DNA of 64,000 nt. Source: Octopus bimaculoides. Taxonomy: Eukaryota. Location: positions 31,910,539 through 31,974,538 of the forward strand of contig NC_068987.1 of assembly GCF_001194135.2 (NCBI RefSeq), given 5' to 3'. The notes under the pieces are model-generated. The model was not told where the DNA came from. It saw nothing but the letters and a program-made list of their open reading frames with translations, and ran no database searches. Position numbers and translations under genes: made by a program. This document shows, in pieces, positions 27,521 to 41,072 of this stretch (the first letter of the stretch is position 1; each line of letters begins with the position of its first letter).

Positions 27521-27569
27521 GTAGGTATTATATTCTTAAATTTACATAACAGCAACAACAATACAGCCT

Positions 27570-28475
27570 AAAATTTTGGGTGAGGGTCTATTACAAAGTC
27601 GACCGTGGTGGAATTTGAACTCCGAACGTAAAGCCAGATGAAATGCCGCAAAGCGTTTTGTCCTACCTGCTAACGATTCTACCAGCTCATCGCCTTACTA
27701 ACAACCATAATAATTTTCTCTACTATAGGCACAAGGCCTGAAATTTAAGGAAAGGGACTAGTCGATTACATCGACTCTAGTGCTCAACTGGTACTTATTT
27801 TATCGACTCCGAAACGATGAAAGGCAAAATCGACTTCAACAGAACTTGAACTCATAATGTAAAGTGCGTCCAACAACAGCAACAACAATGATAGTAATCA
27901 TTTCTTTGTTATTGGCCCTGATGATCTTTCATACACACAATTAGAGCACATTATACATAGAAGTTTCAAACGCGAAGGGTAGCCAGAATAAAGGGTTGGA
28001 GTGTTATAAAAAGAAATGGCGGTAATGAGAGCGGCCATGCAGTAAATAATTGGGCATGTTAAAATTTTGATATAAGTTAAAGAGAATAAAAGGATAATTA
28101 TATAAAACATACAATAATTGAAAATATACAAAACAAATATTCATGAAAAACAGGTAAATAAAACGCTGGTGGAAACCCACCAAGCTGGCAAAAAGGTGTG
28201 GAAAGAAGCTATAGTTATGAGAAGTCTCGCTCATTTTAGTAGCTTCTTATTTCTTTATTGTCCACAAGGGGCTAAACATAGAGGGGACAAACAAGGACAG
28301 ACAAAGGGATTAAGTCGATTACATCGTCCCCAGTGCATAACTGGTACTTTATTTATCGACCCCGAAAGGATGAAAGGCAAAGTCGACCCCGGCGGAATTT
28401 GAACTCAGAACATAACGGCGGACGAAATACCGCTAAGCATTTCGCCCGGCGTGCTAACGTTTCTGCCAGCTCATC
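27570..28475 (-). mobile_element. Cluster of three antisense family-A SINEs at the start of the elevenin intron
   Basis: Reverse-complement matches to the family A consensus at about 27570-27705, 27715-27860 and 28247-28475. Confidence 0.8.
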
Positions 28476-28739
28476 GTCTTCATTTTAGTAGCTTCTTGCC
28501 GCACAGTCAAGCTACACAAAGACTTGCTATGCTCTTCCTTGTTTGTTTCTGTACTTGTTGCCCGAGCAAAAACGTGCTGTCCGGCTTAACAACACATTTC
28601 TCCCACGTCTTTTATTCTTCAAGTCGACCTAAACCTAAATATTCTTTGCGCATAACCTCGCTAGTATTATTGTTTTTAACAAGTTCATTATTTTTTCCCA
28701 TTTATAATGTTTATTGTATCTGCTTGTTGTAAGTCTTAG

Positions 28740-29715
28740 TCTTCTTTTTTCCGTTTGTCTTTTTAAAATCTACGTTATTCACATATTTGTATTGAGGGAT
28801 GTACCTGTTTATATGAGTGGTACCACCATTGTGACCACTCCACGATTGACGAAAATGCACGAGATAGCTCCATAAGTGAGCAATACTCAAGCACTGAGCA
28901 AGAGGTCAAGAATGATTTCATCATTCTGTGCACATTTCGGGAAGACTCGGCTCACTGCTTTTCCGTGCTTGTAAACGTTATTTCGAACTAGCGATGCTCT
29001 TCGGTAGTACTGCCAGGCCAGGATTTTCTGGAAATTATCCATGGGCCCAGGATAAAAAATCTACCAAAACAGACCAACCAGTTGATTTTCGTTGACACAT
29101 AGAGTTTCTTCATGAACGTCATCACCTTCTCTGCAGAACGCCATTGTAGAATTTATGCCGATCGCATTGTTCGACTGGTAGAAGATTGTGAGCGCTTGAT
29201 GACATTTCATATGCCAAATGCCCGCTCTCGATCATCGTTTATCAAGCGACGACATCACACCTGTTCCCCGTCAAGTTAGTACTGAAGCTGTGCATGCTAG
29301 CATACTATTAACCACTACATGTCCAGTTACCCACATAGTTAGTTTTAACAGCAGATGGACCGTCTGACAAGTGGAAAGCATCTCTTCCACAAAGGCAAGG
29401 TGCGGATACTCCAGTGTGACCAGATATGAACTGAGTCTAGGCACGACGGTCATGCGTAATAGATGACGGTGGCAATCTAGGCTTCCATTACTTCTGCTCG
29501 ATGCTGCAGGGTCAGCTTCCTTTTGGCCCATTTGAGAGTGAAACTGACCTCTTTGCTCGTTACCTCGTCCCAGTTTTTGCCAACCTGAAGATCTGGAGCA
29601 AACAAGTCCGTGCAGCTCCCTACGTCGCTGTTAGACAGCATGGATATACCATTCCTTAAGTTTAGCTGCAGGCCCATCAATTTATTTTGATTAATTTTGG
29701 CTCTTGTCACCGTCT
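28740..29715 (-). mobile_element. Tx1/L1-clade LINE ORF2 3' fragment
   Basis: TVTRAKINQNKLMGLQL, FAPDLQVGKNWDEVTSKEVSFTLKWAKRKLTLQHRAEV, and RMTVVP, typical of the post-RT region of this family. Confidence 0.75.
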
Positions 29716-32093
29716 GTATGTATGTATGTGTGTATGCCTGTCTGTCTGTCTGTATGTATGTATGTATGTATGCATGCATGTATGTATGTGTTGCTCAGCC
29801 TGTACGTCTGAGCAACCGCCACATATATAGGACCCTGAGCACCCTGTAAATCTGGTTACTTTTTTTCTTTTGGTGTCGGTATTGCAACTTAATACTGTGA
29901 GTATTCTTGGTGTTAATTAAGACGAGATGGCTTGTGCGTCATTTTCTTAACTGGAATTTAGCTGTTGATAGGCAATTGGTGTGGTAACTGGCATCGCTCT
30001 AAGGGGGTTACGAGACGGCGACAAGAGCCAAAATTAACCAAAATAGTTGATGGGCCTGTAGCTAGGCACCTGGAAAGTTATATCCAGGCTGTCTAACAAT
30101 AGTCTATTAATTAGGTGTCTATATATTCAGTCCCATGTCCTTAATCATTGTTTCTTTCAGGTCGTTCAACAGACATACAGGTTATCTGGGGGGGGGGGGT
30201 TCAGAAAACCTCTACTTGAAGGGCTTCCAGACTCTTTCCTGCTTTTGATCTGGATTCATTCTTTTATTTGCCCCTTTTGTTTCTTTTTATACTCTCTACG
30301 AAAATTTCCAACTTTTCAAATATCTCTACCCTACTGTAACGTAACAAATTAGTAAAATCGCTACTGCTGATGCTGCCTAAAGCCTCTGGTCGGTCTTATG
30401 CTTAAAGGGGAGAGACCTAGATTTCTTGATGCCGCTATATCACCTATGGCCTCCTTGCACTAGGAACTCTCAAGACAAGACGATCTCATTTGCTTCAGCT
30501 CTGGGTATTTTTAGACATAAGACTCGTGATGCGCCTAAAACAGACGCAGCAACAGCCACAGTTTCCACTTTAGTAGCCTAAAATAACCACTGCTTCTACT
30601 GCGATATTCCAACCTCTCTTTTTCTTTTGCTTTCTCTCTTCTAATAAACCTTCCGACTACATATTGCTTTGAGCCACTTCCACTTTGTTAGGTGGAAGAA
30701 TTTATGCCTTCCGCTTAGAACAAACAGCGGGCAAAGTTGAAGAAAGCGCTCAAATTCTCAAGCCATGGTGCAATAACGATCCAGCATCCTGATTTTAAGA
30801 AAAAGTTCTTAAAAAATCGAGTTAACAGCAAACTGGGAAGTTTTATCTTTTATCTTTTACTTGTTTCAGTCACTTGACTGTGGTCATGCTGGGGCACCGC
30901 CTTAAAGAATTTTAGTCGAATGAATCGACCACAATACTTAGTCTATTTTCGTAAAAGCGGCGAGCTGGCAGAATCGTTAGCATACCGGGTGAAATGTTTA
31001 ACGGTATTTCGTCTGCCGGTTACGTTCTGAGTTCAAATTCGCTGAGGTCGACTTTGCCTTTCATCCTTTCGGGGTCGATTAAATAAGTACCCTTTGTTTG
31101 TCCTCTCTATGTTTAGCTCCCTGTGATCAATAAAGAAACAAGCATTTTCATAAAACATGGTACTTATTCTTTTGCCGGACCGCTAAGTTAAGGCGACATA
31201 AAAACACCAACTTTATATTCACTTTATATTCTTCAGAATCTGTTAGAGCACATGCAAGCGCTAATATATGATCTATAAAAACATGTGACATATTAATAAA
31301 AATCTGTAAATGTACAACCATCCAGATCTCTGAGTACCTTATTATTTTTTCTAATATATAATATACACGACGGGCCTCTTGCAGTTTCCGTCTACCAAAT
31401 CCACTCACAGGGCTTTGGTCAACCCGAGGCTGTAGTAGAAGGCACTTGCCCAAAGTGCCACGCACTGGGACTGAACCCGGAACCAGGTAACTGAGAAGCA
31501 AACTTCTTACCACACAATCACACCTATACCTATACATTGCGTTTATATAGAACAAGAAATGCCTCAAATATGAAGAATTTAAGAAATCGTGTGAGATACG
31601 AAGATGCTAACATACGGTATTTCCTGTACTCATAGGATATTGTGAGTTTGTGGAAAGATCGATTGTAACCTATTTAGATGAAATTAAACTTAGGGTAAAG
31701 AGTAAGGAAGTGATTCATGAGCTGGGAAAGTTAGCAGAAACTGCTTCACCATGGATATGACAGATATTTGCAATAGAAAGACCAAAGAAAAGGCGATATC
31801 ACCAACGAGCAGTAAAACAAGTCAGTTACTGCTCGACTGGAGTGGTTATAACAGTGCACAGCTTAATGTAGTGGATGAACAGATAACGAAGGAAAAAGCA
31901 TGCTACAGTGTGATCCCAAATATTCCGCATATTTCCTACTAGAAAAAAATACTGCATTGTTCAGTGGAAAAGACAATGTCGGAAGTTGCCGAAATATTTG
32001 TGAAGCAATCGATAACTGATTAAGAGCGTGAGCGTGGGCCACGTGTTACAAATAAATAAATGTGTTTATATATATATATATATATATATAGAC

Positions 32094-32145
<52 letters not shown>

Positions 32146-34399
32146 GTATTCACTACTTAGTAGCTATGTCATTAATTTTGAAATTACTTCTAATCGGAAA
32201 CTAAAATAGAATTTATTCTTTTGTAAAACTATGTATCTAAAATAAAGTCCTACGCATTCGTNNNNNNNNNNNNNNNNNNNNNNNNNNNNNNNNNNNNNNN
32301 NNNNNNNNNNNNNNNNNNNNNNNNNNNNNNNNNNNNNNNNNNNNNNNNNNNNNNNNNNNNNNNNNNNNNNNNNNNNNNNNNNNNNNNNNNNNNNNNNNNN
32401 NNNNNNNNNNNNNNNNNNNNNNNNNNNNNNNNNNNNNNNNNNNNNNNNNNNNNNNNNNNNNNNNNNNNNNNNNNNNNNNNNNNNNNNNNNNNNNNNNNNN
32501 NNNNNNNNNNNNNNNNNNNNNNNNNNNNNNNNNNNNNNNNNNNNNNNNNNNNNNNNNNNNNNNNNNNNNNNNNNNNNNNNNNNNNNNNNNNNNATGTTTC
32601 TATTCTTTTACGTCGACTGAATGATAGAAAATAGTGATTCTACAGTTAATGACTAGAAAATTAAATTATAATTGCAGTAATAAATGCAAAATTAGGCCAA
32701 TTTTCATAAACATATCTGCACTTCCCCCGCATTTTAAATCCTTTATCATGTTATATACTCACCGAAGCTATTGTGCTTGCTTTTCTTTTTTCCTTTCTTT
32801 CTGTTTCTTTTTTTTTAAATGATAATCAGTAAACATTTTTACACCGTTTGATTGTTTATATTGTTTGTGGCCCACTTCTGCTTGTAGTATCCAGTGATAG
32901 TTCATATCAAAATGAATAATTTTCCTCGGGATTAATAGTTCAGCGAATATAGGTTTTATTATATGGAAGATGTGCTTGCAAAAAAAATTACAGATTAAAG
33001 CTAAGGCTACTTTCAATTCATCTAGATATTGATAAACAAATCTCTCAACGTTCCTTATTTGATATGATCTAAACAAACTATCCTTTCATTTCCGTTTGGT
33101 AAATAAATGCGTCGCCTCTCCATTGACAGTCAAGTCATACGAGCGAAAACTGAGGATAAGGATATCATGGAAACAATTTGAAACTGCTGGAGCTTTGTAG
33201 ATTAAATAATATATATTTACTTCTGATGTCTGTATATTTATGTGATATTTATGTCGGTCTACTTCCAGTCGAAATATGACTGAATTTGGCCGCTAACGTT
33301 GCGATGTTTTTATTGTCGAAGTTACTTAAATCTTATATGATCAATTCATCTTAATAACGAATAGGTACAATAGTTATGTTGTTGGAGTCGTTTAGCTCGA
33401 GGTTAGTTCTGACTGTGTAGACAGATTACAGAAGTCTTTCCAGCCATGATCAACCCATTATTTGTAGGAAATTGTGTATCTAAACCTACGTCATTTAGTG
33501 TGTCTTAAAGAAAAGACAATGGTTATGTATAACACAATAGTGTACATAGATGAGAAGCAACTCTCAATTATACTATTGTTTCGTTAGCTAACTGTCTTGC
33601 CTGCGTTCAATTCCTAGTAGGATATAATTTATATAAAGATAAAAGAAAACCATGCTGATTTGCCAGGGGTAAAGCTGATGGAATAGGAGACTTCCGGAAT
33701 CTCGCAAAGACCAAATAGACTATAGAACTCAAATATAACACCAGCTATTTGTATGAATGTATGTATGTATGTATGTATGTATGTATGGATGGATGGATGG
33801 ATGGATGGATGGATGTATGCATGTATGCATGTATGCATGTATGTATGTATGTACGTACGTATGTATGTATGTATGTACGTACGTATGTATGTGTGTGTGT
33901 ATGTATGTATGTATGTATGTACGTATGTAATTATTCAGTTTCATTCCAAGATTTTTTGCCAACAGAGAAAGAGGTTTTTAACCTAGATCTAAGGCTTATA
34001 CATTGGAATTTCATCAACATCAGTAGGGTATTTTTGCATGCATGTGTGCATATGTGCAGTATTTAGGACCCGTGCATGTATAGATTTGTATGTTTTGTTT
34101 TATGTATGTATTCACATATATGTGCATACATACTCAACTGTTAAACTTCTGGAAAGTTTTACAAATTTTTATAGTTCCAGTGATGGCTTGAATATGTAGT
34201 CATCGAATTAGCTTTCTCCTTTCTGGTTTGAGAAGCCTAATTTGTCACGATTGGTGCTTAGGCTGTGCGTTACATAATCCAGTGCCCCAATAATTACAGC
34301 TATAAAGCTGAATTTGTAATCCGGGTAGAGAAACTGAGTTTCTCAAAAGTTCAGCCTAAGTATTTCGTTTTTCACTGATCTTTAGCTTATATTGACGCC

Positions 34400-34648
34400 T
34401 GCCGCGCAATTGATTTCCACTACGGTACACAGATTCTCTTCTCTGTCCCAAATCACAGTGTCCGATCTAATAGTCTACATTTTATTGAAGTTTTCACTGG
34501 GACATTCCACCGATGTTCTTTCATATTATGAGTGGCTATGGCCTCTGTCATACTGTGGGTTCTTATCTCTTTGGTCACAGGATTGTCCTTCCGACGGACC
34601 ACATACCGTATCTTGGTTAAAACATCGTGTCTCATCGGTAGATGAGAC
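34400..34648 (-). mobile_element. Fragment of the same R4-like REL family
   Basis: The minus strand reads SHLPMRHDVLTKIRY..RWNVPVKTSIKC, which parallels YYLSMRHDVIAKTIY..WNIPIKTSVKC at 58270-58440. (CATA)n lies on its 5' side. Confidence 0.75.
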
Positions 34649-34885
34649 GTATGTATGTATGTATGTATGTATGTATGTATGTATGTATGCATGTATGTTT
34701 GTATGTATGTATGTATGTATGTGTATATGTACAGGTGCAAGTATAACAGGAATAACAAGAAAAAGAAAGTGAATATACAGAGTACTTATTAGATTGACAT
34801 GATGAAAGGAAAGGAAGAAGTGTCTATAAGATTTCGATCATAAGGCTCTTCTTCGGGAACATTAGAACATCTATCTTTGTTTGTA

Positions 34886-34923
<38 letters not shown>

Positions 34924-35471
34924 CGTGCGTGCGTGCGCGATCGTATGTACATGTATATGTGTATATATATGTGCGTGTGCGCATATATATATATNNNNNN
35001 NNNNNNNNNNNNNNNNNNNNNNNNNNNNNNNNNNNNNNNNNNNNNNNNNNNNNNNNNNNNNNNNNNNNNNNNNNNNNNNNNNNNNNNNNNNNNNNNNNNN
35101 NNNNNNNNNNNNNNNNNNNNNNNNNNNNNNNNNNNNNNNNNNNNNNNNNNNNNNNNNNNNNNNNNNNNNNNNNNNNNNNNNNNNNNNNNNNNNNNNNNNN
35201 NNNNNNNNNNNNNNNNNNNNNNNNNNNNNNNNNNNNNNNNNNNNNNNNNNNNNNNNNNNNNNNNNNNNNNNNNNNNNNNNNNNNNNNNNNNNNNNNNNNN
35301 NNNNNNNNNNNNNNNNNNNNNNNNNNNNNNNNNNNNNNCCCTCTGTCTGTCCTTGTTTGTCCCCTCTATGTTTAGCCCCTTGTGGGCAATAAAGAATATA
35401 TATATATATATTTGTGTGAGTGTATATGTGTATTCATATGTGTATACATGTGTGTGTATGTGTGTCTGTAC

Positions 35472-35528
<57 letters not shown>

Positions 35529-37963
35529 CATGTGTTATGTGTGTGTCACTTTTTATGCTACTGGTAACATGTTACGCAATACAACCTGTCGCATGGTCGA
35601 GCCGTCGGCGACTAACCCGCAACCCTACCAAGCTTGCTTTGTAAGGAGGGTCATTTCCGTTGGACACACTACAGGACTAAAAACAAAACCTGTCAAAGGG
35701 TGGATGAACTCGATAGAATCAACGGCCATCCAAGAGCTGGGAGTGAGACCCACCTAGTTTGAGTTTAAATATCTTTCCAAAAGGAAACTTCAGATGTAAC
35801 ACCTGTGACTTCGTTTGCAACCAATGCTTGTAGAAACCCTTCCTTTTGGTTAATTAAATATGTTATTTAGTGAATGAGATTGGTCCTGTGCAAGACCTTT
35901 CCTCAATTTAAAATGCAGTAGGCACAGGCATCGCTATTTTAAAAAATCTCATTATATATATATATAAATTATCTTCACATTTCATTGAAAATCATCAACA
36001 AATGCTGCTAGGTTTTCGTTTTCTTTCTCAAAAAGGAAAGTTTCAATTCATTGATAATTTTTTTTTCTTTTGCATACGTCATTCAGTACATCACCAACCT
36101 GATTTAACCAAAAAAATGTCATAGGTCTTACGTTATTTCCATTAGCTGACTTTTTGTAAACATCTAAATGTATGTATGTTTATATATGTGTATTCAAAAA
36201 ATAATAGCGTTGATAATTACAGTAGATAGTTATTGTATACGCGCGCGCGCGCGTGGTGTGTGTGTGTGCGTGTGTGTGTGTGTGTGTGTGTACAGATCTA
36301 CCTGGTCTTAGTGGTGGTCTATTTATTTAATTAAACGAAGTAATATGAAACATTAGCAAATGTTTGTACCCGAGGTTGTGTGTACAGATTTCATTTAAAC
36401 TGCTGTACTTGAGCTTTAAATGTCGTCACCGATATGAGTAATACTTTATATGTAGGCATAAATAGAAGTTCTTATTAAATGCCTCACGAAGTGGGGCAAA
36501 TAATTTCGTTGTGGTGAACATTCTTTTTATAGGAACTCGCAGAAACGACTTACTGTTTTAAATAACTCTTTAACTAAGCATATAGCTCATGTTAGATTAG
36601 ATAAAGGAAGGGTTGCGTTCAAAGTTGATTTTTTCCATGGAGAGAAACGGAAAATATGTTGGCTGAATAAAATACATCATGATCAAGCTAACATGTCAGT
36701 GACGAATGTGAACTTAGGACATCAAAACAATGGTGGCAAAGGTGTCGTGTCAGGAGCTAGATTTGAGCTACAGAACCCAAAACAAGTTACCAAGTGGTCC
36801 TGTCACAGCTTATTATGACTTCTGTATTGGTTACAGGATTATTTGCAAGGCTTACTAGTCTGAGGAGGTGTGGTTAACAACCTGCGTAATTCGAAGGAAG
36901 TGTGCTATTGAACAGATCTTTGTTGACTGCCGTTTTACTTTCGTTTTTGTAATGTGACTACTTAATTAGCTGGTTGTTCATCAAGTGAAGTAAATTTATA
37001 CTTATCCCTGCTGGTGAATCTAAAATGGCTGGCATAAGTTGTCCTGGTAGTTATTGCAAAACATGCCATCATCAGCTAATGATAAAAGCTACAATGAGAA
37101 GAGGGCCGTTAATGGAATTATGTGACGTCATAACGGAACGGGACAGAATATGCGGATGTTGGCGAGAAGCAGAAAATCAAAATGTTCTTGAAATGGCCCA
37201 CTGTTTGAGTTGGTTCTTTTTCTTGTATGATTTTTTTTTTTACCCCTGTCGCAGTAATAGNNNNNNNNNNNNNNNNNNNNNNNNNNNNNNNNNNNNNNNN
37301 NNNNNNNNNNNNNNNNNNNNNNNNNNNNNNNNNNNNNNNNNNNNNNNNNNNNNNNNNNNNNNNNNNNNNNNNNNNNNNNNNNNNNNNNNNNNNNNNNNNN
37401 NNNNNNNNNNNNNNNNNNNNNNNNNNNNNNNNNNNNNNNNNNNNNNNNNNNNNNNNNNNNNNNNNNNNNNNNNNNNNNNNNNNNNNNNNNNNNNNNNNNN
37501 NNNNNNNNNNNNNNNNNNNNNNNNNNNNNNNNNNNNNNNNNNNNNNNNNNNNNNNNNNNNNNNNNNNNNNNNNNNNNNNNNNNNNNNNNNNNNNNNNNNN
37601 NNNNNNNNNNNNNNNNNNNNNNNNNNNNNNNNNNNNNNNNNNNNNNNNNNNNNNNNNNNNNNNNNNNNNNNNNNNNNNNNNNNNNNNNNNNNNNNNNNNN
37701 NNNNNNNNNNNNNNNNNNNNNNNNNNNNNNNNNNNNNNNNNNNNNNNNNNNNNNNNNNNNNNNNNNNNNNNNNNNNNNNNNNNNNNNNNNNNNNNNNNNN
37801 NNNNNNNNNNNNNNNNNNNNNNNNNNNNNNNNNNNNNNNNNNNNNNNNNNNNNNNNNNNNNNNNNNNNNNNNNNNNNNNNNNNNNNNNNNNNNNNNNNNN
37901 NNNNNNNNNNNNNNNNNNNNNNNNNNNNNNNNNNNNNNNNNNNNNNNNNNNNNNNNNNNNNNN

Positions 37964-38017
<54 letters not shown>

Positions 38018-38287
38018 CATGAATGTAGGCATATATTTATACGTGTAAATATGTGTTGTGAGATGTACAGATGCGGAGATAGCGAGGGAGGTATTTGATT
38101 TCACCGTTTTTTATGTTTTGGTCATATTTTGGTAAGTGAAACTTTATACCTGGGATGGGAGAATGTAATTTCATCTGACCAAAAACCGCTCTACGCACAC
38201 AGGAAAATAAATTCCTTAAACTCTCACAATTTAAACACAACACAGATCAGATTACGTTTCTGTACATTGATATGTGCTTCAACAAGC

Positions 38288-38329
<42 letters not shown>

Positions 38330-38478
38330 CACATACAAATGTACACACATGAAAACGCACACACATTCACATACACACAGTCTCCCACACATATATACAT
38401 ATCAATACTCTCTTTCTATATCTAAAACTTCTGTTATGTTTATGTGTGACAATACATAAAATAACATTTGTTAATTCA

Positions 38479-38509
<31 letters not shown>

Positions 38510-39006
38510 CGTACGTACGTACGTACGCACGCATGCATGCATGCATGCATGTATGTATGTATGTATGTATGTATGTATGTATGCCTGTATGTATGTATGT
38601 ATGCATGTATGTATGCATGTATGTATGTATGTATGTATGTATGTATGTATGTATGTATGTGTGTATGTTTGTATCAGTTAATTAGTTGGTTGTCTCTTTG
38701 GTAAGAAGAATCGCTTTTCAGAATACATATTGCTAACGTTTTTTCTCATTAATGGAATAAAATATTTCTTTTTGTAATTAGTTAAATATTCTTTTTTTTT
38801 TCTGTTAATCATAGAATCCTTAGCATCCATATATAGCCGCTATTTCGATCTCTTTAGATCTCTTCAGAACGAAGCTGTTAGAAGACTAGATTCTATCAAA
38901 CTTTACATGACATTAAATTAAAGGAGAAGGAAGTAGAGGGAGGTGTATAATGAAATATTTCTTTCGGATAAAACATTATCTTTCAAAGTTCATTAGTAGT
39001 GCGAGA

Positions 39007-39092
<86 letters not shown>

Positions 39093-39246
39093 AACTTAAT
39101 TTGAATTTTACCTATAGCAGCGCGGCGAACTCATTGACGGAGTCGGTGAAAATTCTCTGATGAACTTACCTGATGGAATGCCCGAACGATTAATGAAGCA
39201 ATCGATTAGTTATTTGGCTAAATGGTTAACTAGTTGACTAATGATG

Positions 39247-39322
<76 letters not shown>

Positions 39323-39586
39323 TGATAATAATAATAATAAAAGAAATGAAATAGAATCAGTGCGGGTGTTTAACATTGATATACTGAACCTATCGAAATG
39401 CAACAAAATACACGTGAAAATGCTGTCTGAAAATGATGCTTTATATAAAGCCACATATATTGAATGTTTACTCGTATTTTGACAGTGTATTCAATAATAC
39501 TTAATACTACCTAGATTACTATACAGATTTTATTTGGGAAAGCATTTACATCTGCTTTCCCAAATAAAACTGCATTTTATATTTGA

Positions 39587-39659
39587 AGCTCCGATGAAGC
39601 TATAAACAAGCATTCAACTGTGAGTAGCTTTCATGTTATAGCGGAAACAGCTGTAAGCT
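39587..39659 (+). ncRNA. Hammerhead ribozyme motif with one core substitution
   Basis: AGCT-CCGATGA-A-GCTATAA(30-nt loop)TTATAGC-G-GAAA-CAGCTG-TA-AGCT. Stem III is palindromic; the core reads CCGATGA instead of CTGATGA. Confidence 0.55.
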
Positions 39660-39795
39660 AATGAAGTTCATGACAAATTTTCTTGCTCCTCTGTCGTTTT
39701 AATTTCTTAATTCTGATCTGTGCTCGACTTATACTTTTGTTTTGAAGCATATTTAGTTCTAACACAAAGTTATTAGTATTGCTATGACTAAGCGA

Positions 39796-39860
<65 letters not shown>

Positions 39861-39954
39861 GCTCTGAAGCAGTACTAGACAGTGGCTCTCATGGCTTCTG
39901 ATGTTAATTGACTGGAAGTGTAATCATATACATTCTTTTGTCTTGGTATAAGAT

Positions 39955-40241
39955 AAGTGCTTCCGAAAGTGGGCGGCACCGCCGGCTTGAAGGCGGTGAA
40001 AAGATGCGGGCGTTGAAGAAAAATGGGGCGATAATGGGGTGACCAAAACGGGGCAATGGAGGTAAAAAATCAAACAAAATAAAGGGTTAATTAGTTTAAG
40101 ATTTATTTGTGAAATGCTGTTGTTTTGAATTTGCTGCAGAAAATGGTCTATGTCTGCGATGGTGAGTGGAGGGGGGGGGGCACTACGAGTGAGGCCTTAG
40201 AAAAAAGGGGGCGACACCCTGAAAAAGTTTGGGAACCACGG
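39955..40241. mobile_element. Non-autonomous hAT (Charlie-like) MITE inserted in an older repeat
   Basis: Ends aAGTGCTTCCGAAAGTGGGCGG ... AAAAGTTTGGGAACCACGG resemble CAGTGGTTCCCAAA-type TIRs. The flanks GTATAAGA (39946-39953) and GTATAAAA (40242-40249) fit an 8-bp TSD. Confidence 0.7.
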
Positions 40242-40304
40242 GTATAAAAGATGGGCTGCAACAAATATTCTGCTCAATACCACAGATTTGTAGTAGTACC
40301 ACAA

Positions 40305-40344
<40 letters not shown>

Positions 40345-40358
40345 GCTACTACTACTAC

Positions 40359-40411
<53 letters not shown>

Positions 40412-40659
40412 GTACATATATGCATATGCTTGTGTACACACACGCACACACACGCACACACACACGCACACACACACACACACGATCATATTCAGCACAT
40501 TTGTATACACTCGGACTTGAGGAGACCATTTGGATCGTTGAGCAATAAACAACCGATTTTGGTATTCGTAGCTGGTCGAGCGTAACGACGCAGAAATACA
40601 TGCATTTTACGGATCCATGATGTTGTTATTCATAGTTGAATGATATGATTTTACACGTA

Positions 40660-41072
40660 CAGGTCGTCGGCGACTTACGACCTATCCGACATACGACCGA
40701 TCGACTTTACGACGATTGGCGCACCAGCTACCGGCAGCAATAACAAATAGACCAGTTAAAATCTAACGCTTCCCCAAGGAAGCGTCGTTGAAATCTAACG
40801 CTTCCCTTCTGTGTTGGATGACTATCCCTTCGCGGAGACATCGAGGCAACCTCGTATTTGTTTATAAGACTACTGCTTCAGACACCAAAATTTTTGACTA
40901 ACGCCAGTATAATAGCATAATAGAGAATGCTGTGCATGAGTTTTACCTGAGAATGTACCTTAAGAATATAAAAATATAAAACAAAGCTATGTAGGCCTAT
41001 AGGCCGACTTACGACCAAATCGACTTACGACCAGCCAGTCGGAACCAATTGTGGTCGTAAGTCGATGACTTG
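40660..41072. mobile_element. Tigger/pogo-like MITE
   Basis: TA then CAGGTCGTCGGCGACTTACGACC at the left; GGTCGTAAGTCGATGACTTG at the right (imperfect TIR). Internal CGACTTACGAC subterminal repeats; no ORF. Confidence 0.65.

Noticed and set aside
30161-30180. Acceptor-like tttctttcAG followed by a 20-nt exon candidate inside the elevenin intron
   Set aside because: Weak donor (GTTATC), a length that would shift the frame, and no similarity to elevenin.
11786-38104. Long ORFs full of X (e.g. 11786-12340, 12954-13796, 21626-22452, 37025-38104)
   Set aside because: They are open only because they run through N-gaps.
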